DNA of 61,574 nucleotides, the filler included, from Hausera hauseri (Eukaryota), in assembly GCA_046269625.1 (NCBI GenBank). It is 12 parts of 12 records of this genome, joined end to end, with 100 filler letters (N's around TTAATTAATTAA, not from the genome) between each part and the next. Parts side by side here need not be neighbours in the genome. Positions count along the whole stretch, not along the records: positions 1 to 4,154 come from JBJURY010731767.1; positions 4,255 to 11,289 come from JBJURY010042444.1; positions 11,390 to 15,967 come from JBJURY010520347.1; 9 more parts are not named here. One strand, 5' to 3'. The notes under the pieces were generated by a model. That model searched no databases and had not been told where the DNA came from. It was given only the letters and a program-made list of their open reading frames with translations. The translations under genes and the position numbers were made by a program. Of the stretch, positions 1 through 12,840 are shown one piece after another; positions within the stretch are counted from its first letter, which is position 1, and every line of letters starts with the position of its first letter.

Positions 1-1
1 T

Positions 2-430
2 GGACAAGCTGCATCTGGATTTTTAGCGATATATTTCTTAATCCAACTAATTAAGGCAGCCATCCAAGCAGTAATAAACGGATATGAAATATTTATATTG
101 ACTGGATTTTCGTGTAAAATTTTGATTGCAATTATCACACCCTTCGGAGAGTTATCACAAAATATACGAAGAAGGCAGATGAAAAACGGATGTAGAAAGT
201 CACGCTGGTTATCATAATCGCAAACGAAAAGGGAGACCTATATTTTTGTACAGGCAGAAGCTCTCGAAATCTAAGACATGAAGAAATAATTCGGATGATG
301 ACAAGCCTAAGGGAGACGAAACCCCCTTAAAAATAGGTAGACATAAGACATACTCCATCGTTAAAGCACCATTGCCCATGTTACCCCATCCGCTCCAGGC
401 TATGAAGACTGCGACAAACGATCAATGAGT
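2..430 (+). pseudogene. TM region and cytoplasmic tail of chuvirus-type class III fusion glycoprotein (env-like)
   Basis: Translates GQAASGFLAIYFLIQLIKAAIQAVINGYEIFILTGFSCKILIAIITPFG...YEDCDKRS, nearly identical to ORF 13196-13663. Confidence 0.85.
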
Positions 431-834
431 TTACATCAGACAGAAATCTATAAGAGAACAATGGGCTTGGAAGACCCTTATAAAGGGACAAAACGGTATG
501 GAATTTTACGGAAAATGTGATACCGACAGCCTATGGATGATTCTAGAATTTTACACTCACCAAGAGAACCTCAAAATACAGAAACCAGACTACCTGTCTG
601 GGGAAATACAAAATTATAGACTTTCCGGAATACAGAACCGCATACTAACAACCGAGAACCATTAATTAGTACTCATGAAATGGAAGAATCGAACGTCGAA
701 AACAATGAATTATATCCTAATGGGGAACTAAGATAACTAACAGGAAATATAATACCCTCCCAGAAATCAGAATAAACGGTCACAAGATATCGGCAACGAA
801 ACGCCCAAAGGTTGCATCAAATTGTTTTGGAACG

Positions 835-2757
835 GTAATCGAAAGACGACCTTCGCCAAAATTACTATTAAATATTGGAAAGTTTATGCCCTAATCGACA
901 CAGGTTCCGAGATGTCTTACATCAAAAACGACTGAATTCCTGAAACGTTAAGTGGACAGTTATATCTGCCATCTACGAAGGATCCAGGAAGCACAGGAGC
1001 TTTAGGCCAAATGTCGAAACCGATGTTTCAATGGAACCCAGAAGATCAAATAGTTGGACAGTTTTTCCGTCATGAATTTGCAGTCATAAAACAATGAAGT
1101 GATTATGTAGTTTTAGGCTGCGACTTATTGAAAAGACTACCAAATGTAGCAATCGACTTGCAAACAGGGAAACTAATAGAGATTAGGACAAATAAATGCG
1201 TAAATACCACCAAAGAGAGGAAATTTGGAGAATTACGGATCCCAGTAGATGAAAATATTCCACCAAGAACAGAAATAACAATCTACGCCCAAATCCAACA
1301 AGATGGTGACCAACCAGTATATTTTGAACCAAAGGAAACATTAGATCCAAATGTAATACTCAGTAATACATTGACGAGAGTACACTCGGGTCGTGTGCCG
1401 GTCAGGATAGCGAATAATGCACCAACCCCAGTCAAGCTTCATGCTTATACTACATTATGGAATACCTATACAGTGTCGTCCATAACCATTGAAGAAAAAC
1501 CTTACAAATACGCCGAATTTCTGCCTGATAGTGAAACTAAGTTTTCAACTGAATCTTACTACCGATTCTATGAATTATTATGCCGTTATAAATCAATAAT
1601 GGCTAAAGACGACGAGCATATTGGTAGAGCAAAAGCTTTGAAATTGACTATTCCGCTTAAGAAAAAGCCTGGTACAAATGAGGAGACAGATCTTGAAGAT
1701 CAAAAAATTCCGAAATGGTATCCTCCGCCACATTAATTAAGACCCGAGATAACAAAAGAAGTCAAACAGATACTTAAAGCCGATATAATTCTGACCAGCT
1801 ATAGATCTTGGTATTCACCAATTCATATGGTTAAAAAAAGGTACTACAAAATATCGATAACCTTATGATGAAAGATTCCTTTCCGTTACCGTCAGTAAAA
1901 GAAGCTTTAGATAGGCTCTCAGGAACAAAATGGTTTACTACTCTGGACTTACAGTCTGAATATTAACAAGTGGAAATCGATGATAAAGATCGCTATAAAA
2001 CCGCGTCTAAAACGCAAGATGGTGTCTATGAATTTAATGTCATGCCATTTGGTATTACCACTGAACCAGCTATTTTTACAAGAATGATGAATAAAATGTT
2101 GATAGGTCAAGACCATGCATTTGCATACTTATATGATGTAATGATAGTGTCCAAAAGAGAAGAGAAACATTTAAAAGATATTGAGCATACATTAATGAGA
2201 TTAGAGCACGAGGATTAAAATTGCACCCAAAAAAATGTAAATGGGCCGAGAATGCAGTATCCTACCTTGGTCACATAGTTGGAAAAAGAGGGTCGAATCC
2301 AGATAAATCATTATTGAACAAGATGTCAGATTGCATGGAGCCGCAAAATCAGAAAGAGTTAAGACACTGGCTAGATTTATGTGGATATTACGCCATCTAT
2401 GTGACAGACAATTCGAAAATAAATGCACCTTTATATCGTCTACTTAAGAAAGGAATTAAACGGAAATGGACAGACGTCGAACAAAAGGCTTCCGATGAAA
2501 TGAATAAAATTTTAGCAAGCGAACCAGTCTTACGATACCATTCATAATTAAGGCAGATTCCAGTAAAGAAGGCATTGGATACGAATTAGCTCAGAAACGA
2601 AAGGATGATGAGTTGGAGCACCCAATCGCTTATGGAGTACGATCCTTGGAAAAGGCCGAGAAATTATTCCGTTACTGAATTAGAAATCTTATACGTTAAA
2701 GAAGCAATTCGACACTTCAACGTTTGTGTACGGACAGAAAATCATAACTGTTACTGA
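835..2757 (+). pseudogene. pol: Gypsy pol: aspartic protease, beta-rich spacer, reverse transcriptase, partial RNase H
   Basis: LIDTG protease motif; ORFs 1128-1736, 1970-2218, 2221-2547; catalytic YLDD degraded to YLYD; apparent deletion at about 2757 removes the RH end and the IN Zn finger. Confidence 0.9.
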
Positions 2758-3560
2758 CTTGTATCGATCGACTAACTTTATCCAATTGGTAGCGATAACC
2801 GATCAAAGAGCAGAAACTTTGGCAGAAGCTGTAGTAAGAAGAAGAATTTGTCGGTATGTGCCCCCAAATCAAATAGTGACAGATCGAGGAAGAAATTTTA
2901 CTAGCGAACTGTTTGAGAAAATTTCTAAAATAATTGAGATTGAGCGGTTAACTACAACCGCATACCATCCTCAATGTAATGGAATGGTTAAGCGAATAAA
3001 TGCAACTGTCATACGCATATTATCCACAGTAGTAGCCAAGGACCAAAAAGATTGAAACGAATTTCTAGAAGGAACTCAATTTGCCATTAATACAACACTA
3101 CATCCAGCGACAAGATTTCCACCATTCTTCATGATGTATGAACGTGAAGCTGCGTTACCAACAGATTTAGGGATGACGCCATACATTCTCAATCCCGAAG
3201 ATTTAGAACAGAATTTTGCAGAAGTGATACAGATGCGATTACAAAAATGCTGGAAAATCGCCAAAGAAATGCTTCGGAATATCATGAGTAGTTTAAAAGG
3301 CAATATGAAAAGAAAGCAAAACCACGCGATTTAGAACAAGGAAATTGGATTTATGTACATTACCTAGTAGCTAAGAAAGGTACGTCGTTAAAACTGACTC
3401 GTACAGGCAGAGGACCGTGCGAAGTTACTAAAGTTACGCTAACTACGGCGTACATCAACAAGAATGGAAAAGAAGAGGTTGTACCAGCACAAAGAGTCGT
3501 TAAGACAGATATACGACCCAATAAACGTTACAATTTACGACAACGCGAAACAAAAACTTC
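2758..3560 (+). pseudogene. Gypsy integrase core and C-terminal GPY/F-type domain
   Basis: PNQIVTDRGRNFTS, TTAYHPQCNGMVKRIN, GPCEVTKV, RYNLRQR. Confidence 0.9.
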
Positions 3561-4154
3561 TTCAATAATTACTAGACTGATCTCATACGTTCAAACAGTT
3601 TTAACAATGTCGTTAATTGCTTTGTATATCCCAAAAGCACAAACTCAATGGTAGGACGATAAAGCTACGCTAGGAGACGTATATGGAAATCGGAAGAATG
3701 GATTAACGCCGAAAACCATTATAACGGAAAATAAACCAACTGCTGAAGAGATCCAAAAACAAGAAGACATTATTCTGTTACAATCAATGAAGGCTCATTA
3801 CTTTTCGCCCGACTCTGTGTGCGTTGGATTTAAAACCTGGAGACCGCATCAAGATTTCGGAAGATTTCAAGTTGTACTATACGATGTAACAACAAAAGAA
3901 GTGAAACACTGATTTTAAACCCGGAGATTATACACAGTGCTAAGACAGATTATGGAAACATCTACATCCTTACTTATCGACTACACTTACCAGACTCATC
4001 GGAAGTCTATATCGAAGTAAACCCACAACTTCAGTTAGTTATTCTTATTTGAACCAGATGATTCAAAGTGAAACTCGACGAAATACTACAATCCACCGAA
4101 TCAAATATAAGGCTATTGGATGAAAATATCAAAGGGATCTCAGTAAATAAAGAA
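3561..4154 (+). pseudogene. Signal-peptide-led ectodomain in frame with integrase; truncated by the contig end
   Basis: After RYNLRQR the IN frame reads IITRLISYVQTVLTMSLIALYIPKAQTQW* then ...SMKAHYFSPDSVCVGF...FQVVLYDV, and after a shift TDYGNIYILTYRL. Confidence 0.6.
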
Positions 4155-4254
4155 NNNNNNNNNNNNNNNNNNNNNNNNNNNNNNNNNNNNNNNNNNNNTT
4201 AATTAATTAANNNNNNNNNNNNNNNNNNNNNNNNNNNNNNNNNNNNNNNNNNNN
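4155..4254. other. Artificial contig spacer (44 N + TTAATTAATTAA + 44 N); same spacer at 11290-11389, 15968-16067, 20629-20728, 25340-25439, 30987-31086, 35792-35891, 40230-40329, 44625-44724, 50613-50712, 55768-55867
   Basis: Identical 100-nt cassette 11 times; the palindromic core puts stop codons in all six frames; sequences on either side are unrelated. Confidence 0.98.
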
Positions 4255-4262
4255 AAGAACTT

Positions 4263-4845
4263 ATGTACCCTGATAAATATCAAACCTCTTCCACTGACAC
4301 TGATAAAGTAAAATTTAACCCAACATCCTCAGATCTCAATGGGATGGCACAAAATATTAAGAAAACCACTTTCCCACATCCCTCAGAATCTAATATTCAG
4401 GAATTGCTTTATCCCGACGCACAACCATCGTCATATCATGATGAAATGTTTGAAACTGACAAAGGAATAGCCACATTATCTCATCCATCAGCATCAACTG
4501 TACAAGACATTTTGTATCATGGTGACGATCATCCAATACCTATTGATACTCAACCAAAACCTGAAGTATTATTCGGACATCCCTCTCAATCAACTATTGA
4601 AAAGTTTCTCTATTCAACTAGCATTGAAACACCCCCATGCACTTAAAAGAAGATAACGTTAAGAATAATAGTGCACAACGACATCCGTCTGAATCGACAA
4701 TTCAGGAATCACTTTATTCTACCCGTGTTCAATCTCCACAGTTGGATGGAACGTTAACAAAATTCAAGAATATTAATAGCCATAGCCATTCGTCATCGTC
4801 CACTATTGAGCAATCCATGTATTCAGATTCTCAAGAATCCCCACT
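4263..4845 (+). pseudogene. Protein with five HPS-x-S-(T/N)-(I/V)-(Q/E)-xx-(L/M)-Y repeats; frameshifted near 4640
   Basis: HPSESNIQELLY, HPSASTVQDILY, HPSQSTIEKFLY, HPSESTIQESLY, HSSSSTIEQSMY across ORFs 4263-4646 and 4637-4990. Confidence 0.65.
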
Positions 4846-5111
4846 GCGAAACGATTTAATCCAATGGGCTCTTAAAAAATTTGTTAGTATGACTAATGGC
4901 GAAATGTTGCAACTAACAGATGCCAATCCGGAACTCAAATTAAGCGGAGTGTGGTCTAGTAAATGCAATATATTCAATTCGTTCCTATGATAAATTTCAT
5001 TCTACTGATTCGGGAGATATGGAAAAGCAGACACTTACCATAATAACGTCGTATTAAATCAGTGTTTTGCCATTTACATTTTGATCATCTGTTTTAGGTT
5101 GTTTCATTATA

Positions 5112-5830
5112 ATGGACCTACATGGAAAAATTGTTCTTATGATTTGGGCATTATTTCGAATTACTCTTAAATCTATTGAGGCAATCGAGCGAACCGTAGT
5201 TGAACGTGGCTATGACACTATAAATTTTATTGTTTCCACTGCTCAATCAGAAAGGCTTCCATGGGTTAGGAAACAGACCCTTATTGTGCTGGCAAATATT
5301 GCTACAAATGCTCATTATAGAAAAAAAGATATTGGACAATGAATATTTATTGGAAAAGATTAAGTTGTCTGCTAAATCATCAAATTATCAATTAAAAATG
5401 GCTGCCGTTCCTGTCGCATTCTACATAATGAAAACAAATTCCTCAGATTATTGTGGAGATCTTTCAAATCTGGAGGACGACTTCAGAATCGAGTATAAAG
5501 AGTTATGGGATATTTTTAAATCAGATTCCAAGCTTATTTCCTCTTTATATCATAATAGACAATTTCAACTAGATATCAGACTTTGGAATATTTCCATCTC
5601 AGACAAAGTCATCATCGAACGAAGAACAAGCTTTGTTTGAATTGCTTCATATAATAAAAAATTTATCATCTCATAATTGTGATGATATAGCGGAGAACAG
5701 GAAATGTTCTTTCTATCAACCCAATTCACAACTGGTCTATTGTGATTTGTTCCAACCGTATCTTGTGGCATTCACCGATTGCGTATCCGTCCATCCGATG
5801 AGTCATTCGATAGAAAGTCAATTCGTTGGA
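5112..5830 (+). pseudogene. Degraded host-like coding fragments: ARM-repeat-like segment followed by a degenerate B-box-like Zn finger
   Basis: VRKQTLIVLANIATN...KIKLSAKSSNYQLKMAAV resembles ARM helices; CSFYQP...VYCDLFQPYLV..DC...HP resembles a B-box1 with ligands lost; frameshifts present. Confidence 0.35.
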
Positions 5831-5935
5831 AAGACTCAAAAGGGCCACAGCCAAAGTAATTTTAATTGGATTATAATTGGACATTCTTCTCTACTCACTA
5901 CGCTACCAATGAATTGTCTGATTGAGGGACCGAGC

Positions 5936-7050
5936 ATGCCCGCCTCCACTGCACCGCATCCCTTATCCCTGTTTGCCTTTTCCAATAATGTACACCTCTA
6001 TACTTTCAGTGCACTAGAGGAACTTTACACTGTCTTTACAGACATTTTTCCCTCTTGCTTCACCATATTTTTATTTGTCGCATCATGGCTCTATACTTAA
6101 CGTTTATGACCAACTTTCTTCCTTTTCCTCCCCAATCATCCACCTCACTCCACTTTCGCCTACGGGGTGGATCGGACCCCGATCCTTCTTATGCTGAAAA
6201 CTCCACCAAGACCAGATCTGGTCGTCGTCCTGCTGAACCTATATCATCAGCCTCTCGTAACCTTCCTTGCACAGATATTTTCCTTGACAAAACTAATTCA
6301 AGTCGAACCTGCCTACAATTTCATTTGCAATGGCTTAAAGCCAATCATATTACCGATTCTTTCTTGCGTGCGAACAGCTTGTTGCTTCTTCCAGCAAATA
6401 TCAAGCAGCAAATTAATAATATTGCCGATATATTCACCTCCTCAAATCCATATGACAAGCTCTATGAATCAGTACTACATAGTACTGACCCTTCCATTGA
6501 CAGCATAATACAGAAATACTTTAATGAACATGCTGTAGAAACTCAAAAGCCGTCTGATTTTCTTAAAACCGCAATTTCTCAACTGAGTTCCTTAGGCGTC
6601 ACTCCTACAAACAATGCCGATCATCCTCGGCGGTATTTTCTTTCTTCCTTACCCACTTCCATCAGAGCATTGCTCACTGTCGTAGACATTTCAACGGCAC
6701 TTGCAAAGCTCGCCTTATTGGCAGATAAAAGTTTTGACATCTTACAATCTAACAACTCACAACAATTCGACACACGATTACAGCCCAACTTAGTGATTTA
6801 TCTGTGCCTTGGAGAAGCGAAAACCGTGTTTCGCGCGATTGTAGTTTTTCCAGGCATTCTTATCGATCCAAATCTCAAGATGGAAGAATAATTTGTTTCT
6901 ATCACAACAAATTCGGCAGAGACGCAAGGAAGTGTCTTTTGGGCTGTCGATTTTACGACGAAGGTTATGCAGTAGACAGCCCAATCTGCATTTATCACAC
7001 AAAGTATCAGTCCAAAGCTAGGTCGTGTGTGCCAGGATAGAAATATTATA
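5936..7050 (+). pseudogene. gag: UBL-Gag: ubiquitin-like domain (5936-6171, ends LHFRLRGG) fused to CsRn1-type Gag
   Basis: ATG 5936 MPASTAPHPLSLFAFSNNVHLYTF..., then after frameshifts FYLSHHGSILNVYDQLSSF and LHFRLRGG|SDPDPS. Aligns with the intact UBL frame at 57913-58140. Confidence 0.8.
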
Positions 7051-7199
7051 AAAAGAATTCTAGTTTTCTCCATCTTCTTCGCCTTCTCGCTCTTATCATT
7101 CCTCTTCTTTTTCCCAACAAACCTCAAAAAACTAACAACGTCGCCAGGTGCCACGTCACATTCTGGTATAGCCAATACCGCTGAATTGTCTGGCCGTCT

Positions 7200-10100
7200 T
7201 GACACCGCCTCTGCAGTTTTTCTGTTAAAAGCTGCATCGCTCCCCAACAGTGCTTCACACATCGACTTCTTCATCGATTTAGGAGCTGCCTTTTCGCTGC
7301 TTCCTTTGTCCTTCACTGCGACATCCACTATATCTTCTTCTCCACCGCTTTTCATTGCCAGTGGTCAACTGTTGCACATCGCAGATACCACGGAACTTAT
7401 TTTCACATTCGCCAACTGGCCAGATAAGTTTGTCTGGTAATTCCACGTGGCTAATATTAAATCCTCCATAATTTGTCGCACCATCCACTGTCGCTCAGAT
7501 TTTCTGGCCGCACATGATCTTCTAGTTGACTGCAAGTATCGCTGTCTGGTGCGCAAAAACTCCGTCGTGGATGCTAACAAATATCTACCAAACAGCCCAG
7601 TAAAAACTCCAACGTTTTCGGCTGTCAATTCGCGTGTGACTGTGAAATCTTGTTTGTCGGCTAATAACGGTACAGTTAGTAATTCATCCATTTCTGCCAT
7701 CATGTAAAACGCATCTAAGTCGGTTTTAAAACAGCCAAGTATACGAAGTGTCGATGGTGACAGTTATGGTAGTTCTTTACCAATACCATCCACTGTCGCT
7801 TCTAGTGATAAGCTTCAATCATTGTCATCGCGGGATTCCATTTTCAAATCCTTTATCACAATTTCTTGCTTCCGCACACTCAAAAAGGACATCAACTTCA
7901 AACCACCTTCTACAACTTATTACCACAAAGTAACCGAATACCAAAGACCTATCAGACAAAAGGTCAGACCATTGTCACCTCGCAGGGGAAAAGCAGTTGA
8001 ATCAGAGTTTAATGAACTCGAAAAGGCTTGCATTATTCGATGATCAAAGTCACCATGGGCATCACCATTGCATGTAGTAACAAAGAAAGATGGCACCTAC
8101 AGACCATGTGGCAACTATCGGCAGTTAAACAACCTAACAGCTCTGGATGCTTACCCTTTACCTCTCATAAAGGACATTCTGCACAGTCTTACCAATACTA
8201 ACACGTACTCCACAATTGACTTTCATAAATCTTATCATCACATTCCGGTTGCACCTGATGATATTGCAAAAACTGCTGTTATTACTCCATTTGGCATCTA
8301 TGAATATATCTTTATGCCATTTGGTTTACGTAGCGCTTCCCAAACTTTTCAGCGACACATTGATACCGTTCTCTCAGACCTTAACTTTGCTCATCCATAC
8401 ATTGACGACGTATTAATTGCCTCCACATCTGTTAAACAACATCAAAAACACTTTCGTATTATCTTTCACATACTACATCACAGCAATTTGCAAGTCATTT
8501 TCTCCAAGTGTCATTTCTTTCAAAAACGTGTTAATTTCCTAGGCCACATGATCACTCCTCATGTCCACTCTCCACAACAGGATCGACTACAACAACTAAA
8601 AAACGTAACGCTACCAAAGACTACTACGGATATGAGAAGTTTATAGGCACACTCCACTTCATCCACAAATAAGTACTGCATTGTTCTGAGCTCACAGCAC
8701 CTTTCGCACATCTATCTTCGGGAAAAACGAGGCAGTACATCCATTGAACTCCTTATTTAATCAACAAATTCGATGACCTACGCGAAGGCCTAAAACCGTC
8801 GAAATACTAGACTATCCAAAGCCCAAGGCAGATCTTTTACTTACTACCCATGCCTCTACCACTGCTACCGGTGCAGTACTACACCAGATCTCTAATGGCG
8901 TCGACGAACCATTAGAATTTTACTCCAGGAAAATTACACAACCCGAAAGCCGTTACTCAACGTTTGACCGTGAGTTACTCGCCATAGTTCTGGCAGTAAA
9001 ACATTTCAAACACCTACACCTCTCTCGTCCATTTGTCATTCAAACTGATCGCAAGCCTCTCCTGCATATCATATCATTAAAACAGCCATCACCGAGGCAA
9101 GAACGACATATATCATACCTGTCTACATTTAGTTTTGTTTTAGAATACACCTCAGGCACAGACAATTTGGTAGCAGATTTTCTTTCGAGGTCGGTTGGCT
9201 CCATTACAGTTGAGCCGATTTTCTCATCCGAAGTCTTAAAGGCCAATCAATTGTTTGCTAACTTCTTTAGCTCTTTCAAATTCTTCGAAATCATTGATGT
9301 TATTGCTTTTGATACGTTGAATTCCGGTAATAAAAAAATCATTCTAACTCCACCTTTACAAAAGCCAGCCTTTATTCACGCGCATTCACTCCATCATCCG
9401 GGTTCGAAAGCAACCTTTCGCCCACCTCAATTAATTCGCAAAGATGTACAGGGCTGGATTAAGGAATGCGTAGCCTGTCAAAAATACAAAATCATCAAAC
9501 GCCTTAAACCGCCGCTTTACCGTTTCCTCTGTACATCGCGTTTTCTTACAGTTCGTCTTGATCTCGTTGGCCCTTAACCTTCTGATAACGGATATCAATA
9601 TATCCTTACTACAATGGATCGTGATTCTCGCTGGCCTGAAGCGTTCCTCTCCGTTCAACGAACAGTGATTCAGTAGCCGATGCATTTATAAAAATCTGGA
9701 TCAGTCCTTTTGGTTCCCCACGTTACGTAATAATGAATCAAGGTCTACAATTTGAGTCGAAACTCTTCAAGTCACTTATCAAACACTTGGGGATATCCAA
9801 TTTTCATATAACACCATATCATCCTCAAGAAAATGGCCTCGTTGAAAGTTTCCATTGAACAATGAAAATTTCTCTAAAAATCGTGGCTGACAATCATTGT
9901 AATTGGATGTCCATTCTACCATTCGTTCTATTAGGGTGGCGCAACACACCCTCAACCAATACCGGTTGTGCTCCAGCCGAGGCACTCTTTGGGAGTCCAA
10001 TTCGGGCCTTATTTGAACTTTCTGATCTCGATGACAACCCCACAGATGAAAACATTCGTGCAGCACAATCTCATTTTGTCGAGGTCAGCTCAGACTTTTT

Positions 10101-10320
10101 CTGCCGTCTCTTCAACAATAATAAATCGTATATTCCGAAGGATTTATACAAAACCAAGTTTGTGTGGCTGAAGGATCAATCGCCTTCGGGTTTTAGACCT
10201 CAATATGTTGGTCCATACAAACTGCTGAATATTTCATCTCATACAGCTACCATCTTACACCAGGATAAACCTTAAAACGTTCATATTTCGAGTATGAAGC
10301 CCGCTTTCTTCATTGATGAC
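7200..10320 (+). pseudogene. pol: Gypsy pol (PR-RT-RH-IN), disrupted
   Basis: ORFs 7027-7440, 8068-8646 (YIDD), 9167-9577, 9862-10275. Confidence 0.93.
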
Positions 10321-10848
10321 AATCCGGATGCCAACTTTACCTCCAATTCAAATTCATCTCCTACTCCTGGTCTATCCTCAAACTTTCTCCACGACTTTGC
10401 TCCGTTGCAGCAAATTTTTTTTTCTGTCACACTCAATCGTCACCTTCCACTTCGTCTCCCTTCCTCTTATCATCTTCGCCACCTTTTTTACCACCATTAC
10501 GTACATCGACTGTTTCATCACCTTCAATTGCATCGCCTTTTTGCTTGACTCATTTTCTTTATCACACTCATCATCTTCAATATAAGCAATATCACACATT
10601 GAACCATATAATTACACAAAACTTCCATCACAAAATGTCACTCAATAGCCCAGCACAAATCAATAGAGTAATGCACGAAGAGTGACATTTAGTACCCACA
10701 GCAAAGAAAAGTACTTTAATGGTACACAATGCCTGACACATACCAAAACCGAATAGGCACTAAACATTGTTCCTTTGTTACTTCATTGTTTTCATTTTCA
10801 TCATCCTTTTCATTCATTTTTACCTTTACATAGTTTCTCATCTTCCAC

Positions 10849-10897
10849 AAGGAGGTGATGTGGTGCCGCAGTCGTGGACACAAAGCGTGTCCCCACC
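10849..10897 (+). promoter_or_regulatory. Polypurine tract and start of the 3' LTR (only about 40 nt recognisable)
   Basis: AAGGAGGTGA followed by TGTGGTGCC; same arrangement as GGAGGGTGA-TGTAGTGC at 18766-18782. Confidence 0.7.
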
Positions 10898-11389
10898 AAA
10901 ATGCTGATGGAATTATTCCTTCTCGTAATTTAGTATTATGTAGATCTACAATCCACGAATGCCAATGGCTGACAGAATTTTCCTGATATCTCCGCATATT
11001 GGCAGGTAAAATCGCAACATGCACCAATAAAAAGTAATGTTTGTCGAAACTCAGATGGAAATTTTTAACAAACGGCATATTGAGACCGAGATAATCCAAT
11101 TTTGATGAAACGGACAATCAAGTTCATTCAGCATATTTATAGCTTCCTCACCGATCTCATGCGTTGCATCATCATCATTAATTCGAATAATTCTATGTTC
11201 TACTGCATGTTGATTTCTAACACTTTTCTTGTCATTCATCTCACAATCCGAATTAATATACACAACGTTGGACACGTATAATCCACTGGNNNNNNNNNNN
11301 NNNNNNNNNNNNNNNNNNNNNNNNNNNNNNNNNTTAATTAATTAANNNNNNNNNNNNNNNNNNNNNNNNNNNNNNNNNNNNNNNNNNNN

Positions 11390-12840
11390 ACTGCGTTCTG
11401 CGCCCATTTACATTTCTTTGGATTTAGTTTCAATCCTGCTTGTTCTAGTCGCATGAGCGTATCTTCGATGTCCTTTAAGTGTTCTTCTTCTGTTTTTGAT
11501 GCTATCATCACGTCATCTAAGTACGCGAATGCATGATAAAGTTTCATAAGCATCTTATTTATCATCCTAGTAAAAATACCAGGTTCTGTGGTGATGTCAA
11601 AAGGCATAATATTGAATTCGTACACGCCATCGTGCGTTTTGGTCTCCGTCTTATATCGGTTTTCTTCTTCGATTTCCATTCTCCAGTATCCCGATTGTAA
11701 GTCCAGAGTGGTAAACTATTTTGTTCCTGATAGTCTATCTAAAGCTTCTTTTACTGATGGTAGTGGGAACGAATCTTTCATCATCAGCGTGTTTAATACT
11801 CAATAATCTATACAAAATCGATGCTTTGTAGTTCCTTTCTTTTTAACCATAAGTATAGGTGAGTACCATGACCGGTAACCAGGTCGAATTATATCGGCCT
11901 TTAACATTCGTTCTACCTCTTTAGTTATTTCTGGTCTCAGTGATTGAGGAGGCAGATACCATTTAGGAATTTTTTGTTCTTCTAGATCGAATTTGTCGTT
12001 AGAATCCGGTTTTGTCCTTAATGGAATTGTTAATCTCAAGGTTTTTGCTCGACCTATGTCTTCCTCGTTTTGTGCGATCATGGCACTGTATTTACATAAT
12101 AATTCGTAAAACTTGCAATAAGCCTCAGGAGAGAACTTTGTATCAACGTGAGGTGGAAATTCGGCACACTTGTATGGTTTTTCTTCTATTGTTACTGCTG
12201 ATACTCTGCAAGTGTGACCTAAGGTAATGTTAGCGTGCAGTCTGACGGAAATTGGGGCATTGTTCACCAATCTAACAGGTATTCGTCCCGTCACTACTCA
12301 GCATAAAATATTGATAAACATAAGGTTTGGATCGATATTTTCTTGAGGTTTAAAGTATACTGGCAGATCTTCGTCCTGTTGAATCTGTGCAAAAATTATC
12401 ATTTTAGTCCTGGGCGGAATATCTTCGTCTACTGGAATCCATACTTCGCCTGATTTCTTCTCTTTTATTACTTTTGTCCCTTTTATTGATTCGAGTTCAA
12501 TTAATTTTCCGTTATGCATATCGATTGCTAGGCCTGGTATTTGTTTCAATATATCGCAACCTAATACTACATCATCCCTTAATTGGTCCATTATCGCAAA
12601 TTCATGTTGAAGTGCTTGACTCATCATATAAATGATAGGAGTCCACTTAAATTTTGGTTTCGATATCTGTCCAAAAGCTCCTACGCTACCCGGATCCGAG
12701 GATGAAGGTGGGCACAACTGGTTCCGTAATGTCCCTGGTATGGATTCATACTTTAAAAATGATTTTTTGATCCTGTATCAATTAAAGCGTATACTTCCCA
12801 ATATTCAATGTATACTTTTGCAAAAGGTCTACCTTCTACT
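11390..12840 (-). pseudogene. pol: Gypsy pol: protease and RT (truncated by the contig end)
   Basis: WEVYALIDTGS, VVLGCDIL, SWYSPILMVKKK..RFCIDY, HAFAYLDDVMI. Confidence 0.92.

Larger units (their letters stand above)
1..4154 (+). mobile_element. Degenerate Ty3/Gypsy retroelement, copy A of the env-before-pol family (glycoprotein C-terminus, PR, RT, RH, IN, second signal-peptide ORF)
   Basis: Ordered motifs ALIDTGS (897-905), RT YEFNVMPFG/YLYD, RNase H HPIAYG, IN TDRGRNF/TTAYHPQCNG, GPY/F-type tail. Colinear with 11390-13660 on the minus strand. Many stops and frameshifts. Confidence 0.93.
5919..10900 (+). mobile_element. Near full-length degenerate CsRn1-like Ty3/Gypsy retrotransposon with UBL-Gag
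   Basis: Gag with duplicated C-x2-H-x9-C knuckle (CFYHNKFGRDARKC, CIYHTKYQSKARSC); PR FFIDLGAAFSLLP; RT SPWASPLHVVTKKDGTYRPCG...YIDD; RH YSTFDRELLA/VADFLSR; IN HHPG...CVACQ, GPYKLL; PPT then TGTGGTG. Confidence 0.95.

Noticed and set aside
1128-1500. Active dUTPase between PR and RT
   Set aside because: Beta-rich spacer common in Gypsy pol; the dUTPase catalytic motifs are not recognisable.
6798-7703. Long antisense ORFs over retroelement genes (also 15100-15612, 42658-43072 and others)
   Set aside because: Shadow frames of recognisable sense-strand coding sequence with no motifs of their own.
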